In this document: piece after piece, positions 28,671-42,000 of the stretch
Layout of the letters: every line of letters begins with the position of its first letter
Position numbering within the stretch: the first letter of the stretch is position 1
From: Kondoa subrosea
Lineage: Eukaryota
Assembly: GCA_039545335.1 (NCBI GenBank)
Contig: BCIN01000002.1
Span: 1,846,484 to 1,910,483, forward strand
Length of the DNA stretch: 64,000 nucleotides
Direction of reading: 5' to 3'
Notes under the pieces: generated by a model
Databases searched by the model: none
What the model was told of the DNA's origin: nothing
The model's input: only the letters and a program-made list of their open reading frames with translations
Made by a program: the position numbers and the translations under genes

Positions 28671-31600
28671 TTACGATGGCAAACTATCGAACCCTAACGG
28701 TAGACAATACGGATCATCAAAGGCAGATCGAGGTAAGCTGTGTGCTTCCAGCTGCTCTTCGGCTTCCCCTAGTGTTAAGACGTTCATCTGCAGTTTCGAA
28801 GCAGGAAGTCCACCATTCAGAGTCTGCCAGTTGGCGAGGCGGACAGCACTCAGAAGATCGATGGGTACCTGCAAGCAAAGATCAACGGCGCTCCCCCATT
28901 CAAGGACAGAGAGAGCTTACAACGCTCGGAAATATTAGAACAGACACAGGCTGCCTAGGTGCTCTAGCTAGCGCCGAAATTTTGGCAAGAGTAACAGCGA
29001 AATGGATACTGTGACGTTCGCTCCTTGCATTGTTCGGAACAATAATCCATAGATCCATGGAAGTGTCAAGCAATGATATAGAAGATTCGGAAAGCGAATT
29101 GACAGGGCAGAGTTTCGTCGATGCATACGCTTCGACCGAGTAGATACGGACGAAAGGTAGCACATTATGCTTCGCTCGCCAAACCTGACATCAATTGAAT
29201 AAGCTCTGTGACGAGAGGAGCCAAAGCACAACACATACAACAGAAGAAGCGTACTCTTCGCTTGCCATGACTGACCAAAATATGCTCGAGTTTTGGCTCT
29301 TCGACAACTCGTGTTCTTCAGTCATTTTAGCGTCCGGAGAGAGATCTTTGGCGAAGCGTCGAGCCGAAATCTGCTCAATCTTGCTAGATCGCCGGCCATG
29401 CCAGACAACAAAGCTTCCAACGAAAGACAGCACGAAGGAGAAGCCGGAACAGACACTTGTTGCTGTCTGTAATACACTCAGCTTGGCCTGCCTCTATGAA
29501 GGACAACATACAAGTGGAACCTCGTCAATCAATGTCACTTCTTCCGCGGTGCCTCTGACTCTGTACAAGCAAGTATTCATGGCATCGTAGCCGTTTCTTG
29601 TTCCCTGGCGGAAAACTATCTTGTCATCGAGGAGAGTATAGAATTCTGGCATTTCTTCGCCTTGATGTATCTCGATTGGCTGCGTCCGATATCGTGAAGC
29701 AAGCTCGTCTACTTTAGCTTGGTCCTGTGGCGACGGCTGGTACGCATTGCCTTGCCATAGATATAGATGAGATGCAGCCAGACCGCTCTTCTTTGCTCGA
29801 TGTACCACCATCAGAAGTTCTGTATCGTAAAAGATAGACTGCTCGCTATCAGATAGCTTGTTGGTTTGACCGCTTTGAATGGAAAAAACCTCGGTCGATA
29901 ATGTGAAGCCGAGCTTACGAAAAGGCTGAGTAGGAGCAGTGAGGCTGTCCACATGACCCTCGATAACTCTCATGTCAAACGGTGGAAAGTGACCAGGGTA
30001 CAGACTTGGAATGTTCACCATATCTTCTGAAGTATCTTCTGAAGTGACAGTGATGGTAGCAGGTTCTGGCGCTGATCGTGCTGGTCTAATCCAAGAGACT
30101 TTGATTGCGTTGGTATTCTTCAGACCGCTAGCCAAGCTTTCGGATTCCCCGGGCTGTTCGATTGGTGTGCTGGCCTTGATGCTATCAAATGCATCTTCGC
30201 TCGAGTCTGGCAGCTGAGATCCTAAGGCAGGAGGACTCGATTCGGTATATTGCTTGTTTAAATCTTCGGGCGCATTTGAGCCTTCCGAGCTCGAGCCATC
30301 ATCGTCAGAGAGAGGAGGTGGCATACCTTCGACTTGCTTTTCTGCCCAGCTTAGCAGATCGTTGTTCTGCTCCATAGCTATAGTAATGTCTTCTATAGCA
30401 GGTGGTGAGCTGGAATGCTGGACTATTTGCGCTGGTGGATCTGGAGCACGCCGAGCGACCATACCTGGCAAGGCAATCCGTGTCTTTAAGGTCGATTTGG
30501 TATGTGGTGCAGACCGTGCCGAAGGCGTAGGCAGTTTTCGAGAGCTAATGACACCTTGCGTCTGCCACGTAGCTTTCAAGGTATCTAGCCGCGCCTGATT
30601 TGTTGGTTCATCGTAGGTGAGCAGCGGACTTGATGGTGCATCTTTCTGACTTGATAAGAATTGCTTTACAGTCTGATCAGCTGGCACATAGGCAACGGCG
30701 GAAGAAGGCAGAATCGTAGTTGTTCGGACCGTAGACTTTCTCGGACCACGGGCGCGATCTTTGGTTGGCTATGTTCTGCGTCAGCTGCATCGCACTTAAA
30801 AGGACGAGATCTACATGTATCAGGGCAATTCTTGCAGGTTCCAACGACTCCCCAGCTGGTTTAGTATGATTTTCTGGTTTGTTTGCCTGGCGTTCCTTTT
30901 CTTCCATGGACAACGCTCGCTGTGGCGATTTAGGCTCAATTTTCGATTGGGAAGACATAGAACTCGCAGCCAATGTGCTTTGGGTGGGAAGAGAAAATTG
31001 TTTCTTGACAACAGATGGTGTAGTAGATGCTGAAGCTGAACTCCATCTGCCCGTCACGCTACCTCTGTTGACTGTGGCTGAAACTTTCCCAATGTTCGGC
31101 GGCGATTCTTTGCTTTGTTCTTCTCCCCATTGAAGCCGATCTTTGACAATGTTGCTCGCTTTCAAACGGGTCAAAGAAGCCGTGGGAGCTTTCTCAAATG
31201 ATCGAGGCGAAGGAGATTGTGTGGGACTGTCTGCGAGCCATGTAGCTTTGCGGGGAGTGGCTTTTGGCGTGATAGTCGAAGGGCCAGTAATGGAAACTGA
31301 TTGATCAACCGTAGGTATATTGAAAGATTTCTTCGGAACAAACGTTGGTCGAGATCTCTCTGATTGCTCATCGGATGAGCTTCGAGCAAAAGACGGTTTC
31401 GGCAGAATAAGTAGAGATTGAGCAGGAGAGGGAATGGGAGATTTCTTGATTGACGCTTTCGCATCTTCAGGCCCCACCTGAGTTTTGCTGAGTGAAGATT
31501 TGGTCATTCCAGGCAAAGCGACGCCAGAGGAGTTGGATTTGAAAGGACTGGTGGCCATCAGCGCTGGGTTCTTTGTCATAAAACTTGCAATAGGCTTGTC

Positions 31601-31990
31601 GTATTCGGTAGGTGCAGTATGCTCCTCCGCCTTGTTCAATTTCGGGCCACGTATATTCCTGTCTGCGCCTAGGAAGTGTGCTAAAGACACAGGTCGACCA
31701 AGTTCCTTAACCTGATCCGCAGATAGATTGACAGTCGTGCCTATATTTGATCCCTTGAAGGCTGATGCATGTAAGGGCTCAGACTCTTCGTCTCGAGGCT
31801 TGATCTCCCGTGCTGCCTCATCCCATCCATTTGCGCTTGCATTCAGATGTACAGACTGTTTGCGACGCTCTCGACTTGAGAGTACGGAATCAAGAGCAGA
31901 CGACGGGGATCGCGGGGATAGCGAAGCTGCAGCATCTTCATCATCCAAGTTAGCGTTTACTTTGCGAGCCCATGCAGACAGGGAGCTCAT
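28671..31990 (-). CDS. Large low-complexity protein with C-terminal gelsolin-like repeats (fungal gelsolin-repeat/supervillin-like)
   Basis: C-terminal IFYDTELL, LYLWQG, IHQGEE..EF, LYRVRG and VVWHG gelsolin-type segments. N-terminus is Ser/Pro/Lys-rich and carries a CPI-like motif across intron 30814-30767. Confidence 0.75.
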
Positions 31991-32219
31991 TGTTCGATAA
32001 AGTGTGCAAAAGAAGGATCCAGATGTTCAAGTATCTATGGCATGGTTACTGACGGTTTGAGTTCGACAAACGAAGTCGAGTTTTACGTTTCATAAGTTAA
32101 AAGGCCATGTAGCCAACCTTGTTCAGTGTAATACTAGCTACATGTACTATCTACACTATACAAGTTGCATTAAGGCCGATAGTGTTGTACGATCTCATGC
32201 GACTGATGCGAAGCTCGCC

Positions 32220-33420
32220 TCAACCATTCAACTTCTTGGTCAGCTCTGGCGCTACCTCAAACAGATCAGCTGTGAGATTGTAGTCCGCGACCTGATTAAT
32301 CGGGGCATCAGGATCCTGTGAACTATTCGGTGAGTTCAATCAAAGGCTGGCCGCCGGATCTAGCGCACCTTGTTGATGGAGGCAATGACTTTTGAATCCT
32401 TCATGCCTGCCAAATGCTGAATAGCTCCTGAAATACCCACAGCGAGATACAATTCTGGTGCGACAATCTTTCCCGTTTGACCAACTTGCAAGCTGTTATC
32501 CGCGTAGCCGCTATCGACTGCAGCTCTTGATGCACCGATAGCAGCACCAAAGGCATCAGCCAAAGGCGTCAGTATCGACTCGAAATTCTCTTTCGTTTTG
32601 ATGCCTCTTCCGCCAGAAACGATTCTTTTAGCTGATCCAAGATCTGGTCGCTCTGACTTGGTAAGTAGTTCCGCTACCCATTCAGATGCATTCTTGGGCG
32701 AGTCAGATGTTTCGTCGTATTTGACTGATTCAGCTTCAGATCCAGACTCTTCCGCTGGCAAGAAAGATGCTGTAACATTCTAGTCAGAAGGGAGCAGTGT
32801 AAAGGTGAGAGGGAAATAACCTGTTCGTACAGTAAAGATCTTGACCGGATCAGATGATTTGACTGTTGCTAAGGCTTCTCCGGCATAAATTGGGCGAATA
32901 AAGGTATCTTCAGATTCGACAGACATAACATCCGAAATTTGTGCTACATCCAAAATAGCAGCCACACGAGGGAAGATGTTCTTGCCGCTGGCTGTGTGCG
33001 CTGCGACCAGATGTGTATAATTCTGGGACTTGACTAAGTTGGCCAAGAAAGGTGCTACTGATTCTGCTAAACCATGCGCCATAGCCTCTGAAGTATGATG
33101 GAACACCTTCGAAACAGGTAGTCTAGTGTTCGAGGGTAGCAGATCAGATCTCTCCAATTTGATAGCCGGACAACATCGAAAAGGTAAACTTACTTGCTGG
33201 CCTGCTTGGCTAGCTGAGCAACATCCTCGTCTGTACTACCAGCCAACACGGCATGAATCTCTCCGCCCAACTTCTGAGCGGCTGACAGAGCATTGAGTGA
33301 TCCGCCATTCAATTTGCCATTGCGATGTTCAAGGAAGACGAGAGCGCTTGTCGACGACGTGGAAGCGTATCGGCGAAGACCCAATCTGGGTACAGCTGAA
33401 ATTGATTGGAGGACTTGCAT
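32220..33420 (-). CDS. ETFA: Electron transfer flavoprotein alpha subunit
   Basis: Mitochondrial presequence, [22 protein letters not shown] and [33 protein letters not shown]. Confidence 0.97.
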
Positions 33421-33549
33421 CGTGCTTGTTGGTCAACCAACATTGTAAATGAAGAGTGTGGAGAGAAAGATAGGAACAACAGGCAGATCTCATAATTCCA
33501 CTACTGTCTACACGGTATGCGGTTTGCTTTACATATCATCCCAAAAAGA

Positions 33550-35923
33550 TCACCTCATAGCTGTAAGTAACGGTAAGTAACCCCGATAGCCACATGCATG
33601 AGGACACTCACTGGGCATCGAGACATCAGCTGTCGAGGTAACGGCATCTTCAGCACGCCATAAAGCGGTGGTTGTCTGCGCAAAAGTCAGCCTTTGCCTA
33701 CAGCAGGACAGACCGAGCTGACTTTATATTGGGTCCAGAAGTCGATACCACCTGACGAATAGACCACTCATCAGTACGCCGTGCCGAACTCAAGGAAGAG
33801 CTGGACTCGCCTTTACCATAGAGGGAAGCTCCGCCAAGGATGCTTCCCTTGTTACCGCTCCACGAGAACATTGGCAACGGCTATTGGTACAGTTTAGTAT
33901 TATTACTGTCAATTCTCGTAAGCGACATACTACTGGAATAGGTACATTGATTCCGATCTGACCAGCCTCGACTTCTTTTTCGAATCGTCGAGCAGTAGCG
34001 CCAGATTGAGTGAAGATAGCAGTGCCGTTACCATCTGTATAATGTTTAGCACTGCTTGCAGTTTCCATGTCGCAACCCACATTGGTTCTTGTTGATCACG
34101 TCCAGTGCTTGATCAAGAGTATCTACCTTGACAATCACCAGCTGAATCAAACATGAGCTTGTATTCTAATTATTCCAGAGCATCTTACCACAGGACCGAA
34201 GATTTCCTCTCTGTTTTGTGTCAGTATTATGTCCCCAGTCTGAAGGAGAAACACACTTGTAGCAAGTCATATCAGTCGTAGCTTCCAAAACAGTTGGTCC
34301 AACCCAGTTGCCATCAGGGTATCCATCTACTTTTGCTCCTCTACCATCAAGCAAGATTTTGCCTCCTTCTTTCTCGCACGATGCAATATAGTTCTCGATC
34401 TTCGCCTTAGCGGCAGGTGAGATAACAGGTCCTCTGCCATTGCCGGTAAGCAGATAGCGACAAAGGTATCGACCAACTCACAGATCAGCTTGATCGAATC
34501 CATTGCCCAGTTTCAGATTTTGTGCACGCTCAATCAATTCTGGTACCCATTCTGAAGTATTGCCAACTGTTATGAGAGTACTGAGTGCCATACACCGTTG
34601 ACCTGCCGCTGTAGACGACACTCAGTTAGCGCTTTTCCCAGAGAGGCCGGAAGTATACTACCTCCGAAGGCTGCGCCAGCTAAAGAATTGAGCGCAAAGT
34701 TCTTGTTTGCATCCGGCATTAATACACCATGATCTATTGGGTACTCAGTCATGTTCATGAGTGCTGAAGCAAATCACTCGCTCTTCGCGCCCATATTGGA
34801 CTGAACGCGTTTGCCGTTTGCTCCTCCACGATCATAGATATGTTTGCCAGCTTTATCAGAACCGACGAAAGTGATTGCCTTGATCAGAGGTTCATCGCAG
34901 ATGAAGTTGACTGCGTCTACTCCTCCGTGCATGATGGAGAGAACACCCTTAGGGACGCCTATTTAAACGGATGTTTTTAGCTTCTTGAATGCGACAATTA
35001 CCCAGCCAAATTGCTCACCAGCTTGTTCGGCTAGCTCTGTAATGATCATTGAAGCACCGGGATCTCTTTCCGAAGGCTTGATAATGATTGAATTGCCTGT
35101 TGCGATTGCCATACTAGAAATGGGTATTTAGCTCGATTGGCGATTCGCTGTTAAATCATACATACGGAATGGACCATAAAGGAATCATAGCAGGGAAGTT
35201 GAAAGGACATATAGCGGCGCCGACTCCTAGAGGGGCACGTCGAGTCTCGGTATCCATATCCTTTGACACTTCCATTTTGTCACCCATGAGCATATTCGGG
35301 ATACCGATGCATGACTCGACGACTTGAAGACCTCGTAGAACATCGCCTTTGGCGTCTGCCATCATCTGTATGATTGAATCTTTAGCGGTAGGCCGTCCTG
35401 CCAATGAATCACACCCACTTTGCCCTGTTCGAGGCTAGAGAATATGTCAGACGATGTTATTAGCGCCCGAAGAGCTACTGACACGATAGATCTAGCCAGC
35501 TCATCCATATTCTGACGAATTAGATCGGCCAAGCTGTTATGCCAAACTCCGTTTAGGCTGTAATTCATACAGAAGCACTCTGTAATTGCCGACTGACTTG
35601 ATCATGACTCTCTGTCTGGTAAGAATAGAGCTATCTCTCCATTTGAGGAAAGCTTCCTGCGCATAGTCTACCATCTTGCGCATTTCCGCCGGAGTAGTAT
35701 GCGGAACTTTCGTAAGGAGCCTTTGAGTTGAAGGATCATGGATATCAATAAACTGGTCTGCAGAGCTCTCGACGAATTCGCCATTCAAGTAGAGTTTGGA
35801 TGCACTTCCATCGGTTGCGGTTCCCTTGAATTTGCCATGGAACTGCTGCGCTTGAGTATCTGCTGATAAAGCTGCCGCTCTGAGCTTTGTTGCGTGCAGT
35901 GCACGGCGAGAAACCAAGGACAT
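33550..35923 (-). CDS. ALDH6A1: Methylmalonate-semialdehyde dehydrogenase (CoA-acylating)
   Basis: [49 protein letters not shown] and [13 protein letters not shown]. Confidence 0.97.
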
Positions 35924-35997
35924 CGTTGCTGAAGTCGAAGAAGCAAGATTGCTGGGGTAGTTATATTTGTAGTTTCTGGTGTACCACCAATCTTTGG

Positions 35998-38100
35998 ATG
36001 TGTGGAATTGCTCTAGCAGTATTCAATGAGTATGGTTGCTGGAGCTGCCATACACAGTGCTGGACTGATCAATGAAGTAGCTCGTGGAAAGATACCGATA
36101 TTGTTTGGAATGCCTTGAAAGCTGCTGTTAGACCTAGAGGTGCTCCGTATGGTATGCTACATGGGACAACAGCTGATTTGTCACAGGTCCTGATGCGGAA
36201 CACGAAATTCAGCGAAAGCTTGATGGCAGCACATTGCATGCTTTTGGAGCAACACTCCATTTACGTGGACCTCTAGTGCAACAACCTATTCTAGGCGCAG
36301 CGGACTCATTCCTGTTATTCAATGGAGAGCTTTTCGGCGGGAAGCCTGTCAGTTGACTTTGCTTTTTCGCGCCTTTGTTGGAGTGAAAGCTGAAGACGAA
36401 GCAAGTAGTTAGTACCGGAACAAGAGAACGATAGCTCTCATCTCTTGCGATACATCGAAGAGCATGGCATGCAAGCGCTTGCTGAGACTGAGGGTCCATT
36501 CGCGGTAGCTTATTACAGGGTTTGAATCCGATCTGCCATGAATCCTTTACAGGCTAAAGAATCACTCAGGACGGTCAACTTGCGTTCTGTCGAGATCCGA
36601 GTGGCCGAAGATCACTCCTTGTACATTATGTAAGTTACTATACAGATGCCTTGCCAACTTCGGCTGATGCGCATTCAGCCTACAATGGATCGGCCTTTCT
36701 TCTTTATTACATCTGTATGGCCATTTTTGACATCACTTGACCTGGGAATACCTGCAGAAGTCGAATCAGGCAAACTGATCTCAGTGCCTTTGTCGTCTCT
36801 GTTCAGCCAAATGAGCCAATCCTGCGAAGCGTAAGCTCGTGTCCTCTAAAACTTGATGTATAATGACAATGCATGCAAGAATATGGGTCAGTTTCAGAAC
36901 CGAGCTTGACTTCAACTAATTTATGCCTATTCTGCAAGCCGACTTTGGCTCTAAATACCACCAATGGTCAATGCAACCCTGATGAAGCTCTAGAACAGCT
37001 CTTTGGTCGCCTTTCCTCCGCTGTGGCTAAACGTGTCAAGGATCTTCGAGCCCAAGTCTCAGCTTCTTCTGCAGCAGCAGGAAGAGTCGCAATTCTCTTT
37101 AGCGGTGGATTGGATTGCGCTACTTTGGCCTATATAACTTCAAATGCCCTACCGATGCAAGAACCGATTGATCTCATCAATGTCGCTTTTGAAAACCCTC
37201 GGGTATTAGCGGCTTCGAAAGACAAGAACAAAGCAATGTATGAAGTTCCTGACCGGTTGACTGGTAGAGCTACTTTAGAAGAGCTTCAAAAACTGTGCGG
37301 AGAAAGAGTATGGAACTTCGTTGAAGTGAATGTCCCATTCGATGAGACTGTGCGGCATAAAGAAGAGATTCTTGCTTTGATGCAGCCTCAAAATACAGTT
37401 ATGGACTATGTGCGTCATCTAGCGCCTTCCCTTGAGCTAGTAGGTTATTGAGAGTCTACGTAGAGTATTGGCATGGCACTCTATTTCGCTTCAAGAGGTC
37501 AAGGCATAATTCGTAACTCTACTGGAGGAGATTTTCAGTTCACTAGCAAAGCTACAATCCTCCTTTCAGGTCTGGGCGCAGATGAGCTATTTGGAGGCTA
37601 TTCTCGGCATCGCAGAGCATACGAGCAAACAACCGGCTTTCCAAAGGAGAAGTGGGCTGCCTTGACAAAGGAAATGGAGTTGGATTTACTTCGTATTGGT
37701 AGTCGCAATTTGGGTAGGGACGACAGGTGTTTGTCACGATGGGGAAAAGAAGCTCGGTGAGATGCTTCAATTAACGGATACTAATGCAAGATCTGATCTA
37801 CTTATTAACAGTTACCCTTTCCTTGACGAAGACGTTATACGCTACGTCTGTTCCTTGTCAACACAAATCAAATGCGATCCTACTCTGCCAGAAGGAACAG
37901 GTGAGTTTTGCTTTTTCATGTCAATCCGGCTGCTCGACGGCTGACATTGAACAGGTGACAAGGTTCTTTTGCGACGATTAGCTGAATCACTCGGTCTCAG
38001 GCGAGCGAGCACTTACAAAAAGCGAGCTTTGCAATTTGGATCGCGCTCAGCTAAACGTGAGACCTCGAAGGTCTCTGGAATCGACACGGAAAACTTGTAG
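35998..38100 (+). CDS. ASNSD1: Asparagine synthetase domain-containing protein 1 (ASNSD1/YML096W-like)
   Basis: N-terminal MCGI (Ntn Cys), RGPD, LHLRG, LFNGE, LFSGGLDC, DLINVAF, SGLGADELFGGY, RNLGRDDR and KRALQFGSRSAK. Confidence 0.93.
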
Positions 38101-38102
38101 TA

Positions 38103-38997
38103 TCATTCTTCCGCTACCGCTTCTGTCATTTCCCCAATCATCGGTCGTTCAAAGACTTCGCCGAATAATTCTGCAGCAACGGGAACCACCTCGTCTATCG
38201 TTGGCGGCAACTTGTCTTGCCTTATTCCCAGACGTCTGTGTTGGTCTTGGATACTGGTTAATCGCACATCTTCTAGTCCACAAGCAACAATCTTCTGGAA
38301 CCAAGGAAGCGATTGATTATCCACATTCAAGGCAAATCCATGGGATGTGAAGCGCTGTTGGACATGAATACCAATGGAACCGATCTTGCTTTTTGAGTCG
38401 ACGAAGACGCCCGTGTGTGGAGAAGGGGATAGAATGGGAACTTGATACGATTCGACCAGAAGACGAAGAAAGCGTTCAAGCTTGCATACATAGTCTCTAA
38501 CAGACATCTTTCGAAATTGATATAAGGGATGGGATCCATGAAGGGAGGAAAGCCTAGAAGCTCACTTTCATGTTGGACAAGTCCAAAATAGGATATCCTA
38601 TCAATTGACCGGGCCCATGAAAAGTTGTTTGACCGCCTCGACTTGACTGCACTATCTCAGCCCCAGAGTTGAGCAACAGTCTATTCACCGCTTCCTGCTC
38701 TTTTGGCCCGTTCTGTCTACGACCTAAAGTATAAACAGGTGCATGCTCCAGGAGAAGCAAAATATCCGTGTCCGCTAGTAGACGAAGGTTGCGGATCTCT
38801 TCTCCTGTCAGGGCATTGGATTCTGTCGCTAGCCTCTTCTTGGCTTGTAGTCGAGACGTTACCATTCCCTTCTGAAGTTCCGTTGCTTGATCATAGGGGA
38901 TGCGTCCAGGCAGGTAGGTCCAAATGATCGGCTTTCTTGGGACAGAAGTGGTCAGTGCTCTTGTATGCAATGTTCCGAGAGTGCGCGTGAGGATCAT
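38103..38997 (-). CDS. LIP2: Lipoyl(octanoyl) transferase, mitochondrial
   Basis: Presequence-like [50 protein letters not shown] and IVACGL. One intron. Confidence 0.95.
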
Positions 38998-39026
38998 TGA
39001 AAGCAACCGTTCGTCTGAAAGCGACG

Positions 39027-42000
39027 ATGCAGTCACTGATACCCACTGGCTATACTGCTCGACAGTATGTCAAAGCCAACTTAGTAGCTACGTGCATCAA
39101 TCCAGAAGACGACTCTGTTTTTGCTCTGTCGGAAGAAAGCACAAGCGATGCTCGAGTTCGACTGCAACTTTTTCAAGAAGGTTTACTGCTAGCTTCCTTC
39201 ACTTCCGAATGTCCTTTTACTGCTTCCTATGAAGGCCACAATGTTGTGTCATTTGCATACTTGGCAGAATCAAATTCTGTAGTGATCTGTTTGAGAGGTG
39301 GTGATATCGTTCAAATACATATCGAAGACAGTCAAATTGAGATTGCTGGCTCATTTGATGAGGGTATTCGAGCTGCTGCTTGGTCACCAGATGATGAGCT
39401 ATTGGTCATTATTACCGGCTCCGACGCTCTTCTTCTTATGACTAAAGACTTCTCAGTCCTTTCTGAACTTCCTGCATCTACTGCTCTACATTCGCAAGAC
39501 TTTGGATCTGAGAAGTTCGTCAATGTCGGTTGGGGTCATATCGACACACAATTCCGTGGTTCAATAGGAAAATTCGCTGGCCGAACTACGAATGTCACAG
39601 ATGGAGACTTTGACATCTTGACAAAGGGCGAAGACGACTTCTCGCCCAAGGTCAGCTGGAGAGGGGACGGAGCCTATTTCTCTGTTTCTTCCGTCGACGG
39701 ATCTGCTCCTTCCACTTCAATTTCACCTCCGAAATACAAGCGCAATATACGCTTCTTCTCTCGTACTGCTACCCTGCAAGCGACAGCAGAGAGTAGTCCG
39801 GGTTTGGAGCATAATCTAGCATGGCAACCGAGTGGATCTATCATAGCAAGCACAATGAAATCCAGGACTGATCAAGGCAAGATTAAAAGAGACGTAATAT
39901 TCTATGAGCGCAATGGCCTGAGAAGATATGACTTCAGTTTGAGACACATAGAGCAAGAGGCGATTGAAGTAAAGGGCTTGAGATGGAACAGCGATTCAAG
40001 CCTACTCGCAGTCTGGCTACGAACAGACCGTCAAAGAGATTCAGGTTGGTAGTGCTCTGCTGCAGGCTGTTCTATAGCAGTCAGCTAAAGTAGAGATCAG
40101 TTCAACTCTGGCATCGAAGCAATTATCACTGGTACTTGAAGCAAGAGATTCTAGCAAGGCACGCTTGTCCATTCGTATCAATGATGTGGCACCCGGAGAG
40201 AGCTTTGCATTTGTGTCTCGCAACGCAAAGTCAGTGCGCGTAGCTCGAGTCCAGATCAAAGCTTAAGTTGCCCAGATACAACTTACTGGCGTGAATTCGA
40301 ATGGGAAGTGGTATCATCTCCTCGACCGCCGCCCGACGATTCCGGCGCTACTGTTCTCGTCGACGGCACCGCGCTTCTCTTCACTCCCTTTCGCTTTGCC
40401 AATGTTCCACCTCCCATGTCTGCGCATCGGATCGACCTCTCATTATTACTACCCTTAAAACCCCAACAACATACACCTATTTCTCTTTCTTTGTCTGCTT
40501 CAGACGATCTTCTTGCAGTCCTCTTACAAGACCGGATACTTTTATTCGACTGTCTTCCGGCTGTCCCTGTATCGGCTCTTGAACTGAAGCTACTGGGATC
40601 CTTTGAATTGCCTACGAATCTCCTGGAGCATTGCGTCTGTATGCAAGTATCCGTCATTGGGGGTCGAGAAACGGATAATGTCGGCTTGGCTGTGTTGGCT
40701 TCCTCTGGTAGTGACATAGACTGCGACTCTATTACGATGTTCTCCATCTCATCAGACACTTGGTACATCCAAAACTGCAAAACTGTAACAACACCCTTTC
40801 CAATAGCTCGAATTTGCCCTTACGAGCAGGGCTTCCTCGCGATCAGTCGGGCAGATGGATCGATCTTCTCCTGTTTACTTGATGGGAACTCCGGTGTACT
40901 GGATCAAGTTCTGCCAGCTTCGTGTTCAAAATTGGCTGTAATTCACCAAGCAGCATCCAAGAGTATGCTAGTCATCGGTTTAGCGTCTTCCGGTCGGCTC
41001 TATGTAGGACTTAAGCTCATAGAGAAGTCGTGCACATCTTTTGTCCAATGCGGAACCTTTCTAATCTTCTCAACCGCAACGCATTCCGCTCGATTCATTC
41101 ATCTCGACGATCTGCAAGATGCTACTGTTACAGAATTCGATTTCTCTACTGCAGAAGCTCGTCGATTGGAAAGAGGAAGCAAAATAGTGACGGCGATTGC
41201 TTCAACCATGAGTCTCGTTTTGCAAATGCCCAGGGGGAACCTGGAAACCATCTGTCCTAGACCACTAGTGCTACAGCTGGTTCTATCGGACATAGATAGA
41301 CACAATTACAGGAGCGCCTTTATCAATTGCCGGAAACACAGAATAGATCTAAACATTTTCTATGATCATAATCCGCAAAACTTCCGAGCTGGAATGGCAG
41401 AATTTGTCAATCAGATATCAGAAGTAGACCATCTAAACTTGTTCATTTCATCGTTGAGGTACGCTGTCGCCGCTCGTCGCTGGGCCCGATGTGTTGAGGT
41501 TTCTACCTAGAAATCACGACGTCACCGATCAGCTGTACACACCACGTGTGCAGCGAGAGAAGTATGCTGTCTATGATAAACCCCGAAGTGTTGATGTTGA
41601 TATCGAAAGCAGAAGCGCGGACGACTTCTCAGATAAAGTAAACGCGACATGCGACTCGATAAGGGATCTTCTCCTTGCAAAGAACCAGCTTCCGATCTAT
41701 ATCAATTCTATTCTTACAGCCTACCTGTGCCGCTTGCCGCCGGACTACGAGTCCGCTTTACGGTTGCTAGCAAGGTTCAGAAGTCAGTCGCGTCTCAATG
41801 GCTTCTCACTCACTCATTCGTGTGGGTTTTGTAGCTTCCCATTCAGAATTGGCGGATGATGCCATCAAGTATATCATCTTCCTGAGTGATGCAAATCGGC
41901 TATATGATGTGGCCTTGTCGCTTTATGACTTCAACCTTGTTCTGATGGTAGCGCAACATTCTCAAAAGGTCGACTGCCTTCGACACTTATAGTCCATGCA

